DNA from: an uncultured delta proteobacterium
GTDB lineage: Bacteria > Desulfobacterota > Desulfobacteria > Desulfobacterales > Desulfatirhabdiaceae
Assembly (NCBI GenBank): GCA_963789395.1
Contig: CAWBKP010000013.1
Span: forward strand, 32,001-96,000
Reading direction: 5' to 3'
DNA length: 64,000 bases
How positions within the stretch are numbered: the stretch's first letter is position 1; each line of letters starts with the position of its first letter. The translations under genes were made by a program, and so were the position numbers. Under the pieces are notes generated by a model. That model was not told where the DNA came from, made no database searches, and was given only the letters and a program-made list of their open reading frames with translations. Positions 63,262 through 64,000 of the stretch are shown piece by piece.

Positions 63262-64000
63262 ACCCGCATTTCCACCAAGGCCTGTTTTTTACATCGGAGA
63301 CGGCCTGATCCTGCTGGGACTTGCTGCAATCCTTTATTGCTTCATCCGGCTTGCCTTTGACTCCCCCTTGGTTGTCTCCGGACCCGAGATTTCCCTGTCC
63401 CCGGGGGCGCTTCCCTGGTATGCGCTGCTTTCGGTGGGCCGGATGGCAATCGCCTATTTCCTGTCACTGGTCTTCAGCCTGTTTTACGGATACGCCGCTG
63501 CACGAAATCCCGGCGCACGGAAAGTGATGCTTCCGTTTCTGGATGTGATGCAAAGCTTACCGATTCTTTCATTTCTACCCGTTGTACTGCTGAGCCTGAA
63601 CGCCATTTTACCGGAACATTTTGCCACGGAGTTATCGGCTATCGTGCTGATTTTCACCTCCCAGGCATGGAACATCACCTTCAGCTATTACCAATCCCTG
63701 ACCACCATTCCCAATGAACTCAAGGAAGCTTCCGCCATTTTCCGTTTTTCTTCCTGGCTTCGCTTCAAGGAACTGGAGCTTCCCTTTGCCGCTGTGGGCC
63801 TGATTTGGAACAGCATGATTAGCTGGTCCGGCGGATGGTTTTTCTTAATGGCGGCTGAAATTTTTCATGTCGGATCCCGTGATTTTCGTCTGCCGGGGCT
63901 GGGGTCATATTTAAAAACCGCAGCTGTCCAGGGGGATATCATGGCGGTTCTGGCAGGCACAGGGGTTCTGATTCTGGTGGTTGTTATTCTGGATCAGTTT
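63242..64000 (+). CDS. NitT/TauT-family ABC permease (frameshifted, runs off the right edge)
   Basis: Manual translation: LDVMQSLPILSFLP...IFTSQAWN...WNSMISWSGGWFFLMAAE. Confidence 0.85.
   Translation, partial: MKQFYYKPAFPPRPVFYIGDGLILLGLAAILYCFIRLAFDSPLVVSGPEISLSPGALPWYALLSVGRMAIAYFLSLVFSLFYGYAAARNPGARKVMLPFLDVMQSLPILSFLPVVLLSLNAILPEHFATELSAIVLIFTSQAWNITFSYYQSLTTIPNELKEASAIFRFSSWLRFKELELPFAAVGLIWNSMISWSGGWFFLMAAEIFHVGSRDFRLPGLGSYLKTAAVQGDIMAVLAGTGVLILVVVILDQF

Noticed and set aside
3054..63500. Many split genes suggesting pseudogenisation or programmed frameshifting
   Set aside because: Indels hit phage and housekeeping genes alike (lipA, gcvP, mobA, gldG), mostly at homopolymers; best explained by uncorrected long-read error, worst at ~5,900-9,500
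22966..64000. Selenocysteine read-through at premature stops
   Set aside because: Breaks that I inspected (U32, ECH, lipA, YkgJ) resume in a different frame, not after an in-frame TGA

Overview
Two-part window, probably from an anaerobic Desulfobacterota (Desulfobacterales-like) genome; the taxonomy is inferred from gene content. Many genes carry single-base indels, mostly in homopolymers, which suggests an unpolished long-read assembly. (1) Positions 1-~22,670 are the right part of an integrated prophage. Its leftward arm carries cro, HTH/RHH regulators, a DUF4373-type replication initiator, ssb, a RuvC-like resolvase, a double Zn-ribbon protein, a P1 PacA-like small terminase, HU, dUTPase and a P1 PacB-like large terminase running off the left edge. 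A lambda-like immunity region follows (cro / S24 CI / accessory exported protein / terminator). The rightward early operon carries an unknown recombination protein, SbcD, SbcC, a DGQHR ParB-like protein, NinB-like, Rha, an SF2 helicase, xis and a tyrosine integrase. The prophage ends at a 5'-half-only tRNA-Leu(TAA) that still sits behind a sigma70-like promoter. (2) Positions ~22,700-64,000 are host chromosome: cobO and a pterin-binding methyltransferase, two YkgJ proteins, uup, arfB, a gcvH-gcvPA-gcvPB-lipB-lipA-rmlC-rmlD-U32 run, an M16C peptidase, rng, an MltD-like lytic transglycosylase, ubiG, a GldA/F/G-DUF4340 ABC operon, mobA/moaE, acyl-CoA enzymes, a macrodomain, larC and an ABC permease. 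Two copies of a small palindromic, heptamer-containing element also occur there. Most notable: a P1-type pacase with its own HU and a candidate pac repeat in an integrating phage; the split tRNA-Leu(UAA) attachment geometry; a phage SbcCD recombination module; and the filled/empty repeat element.
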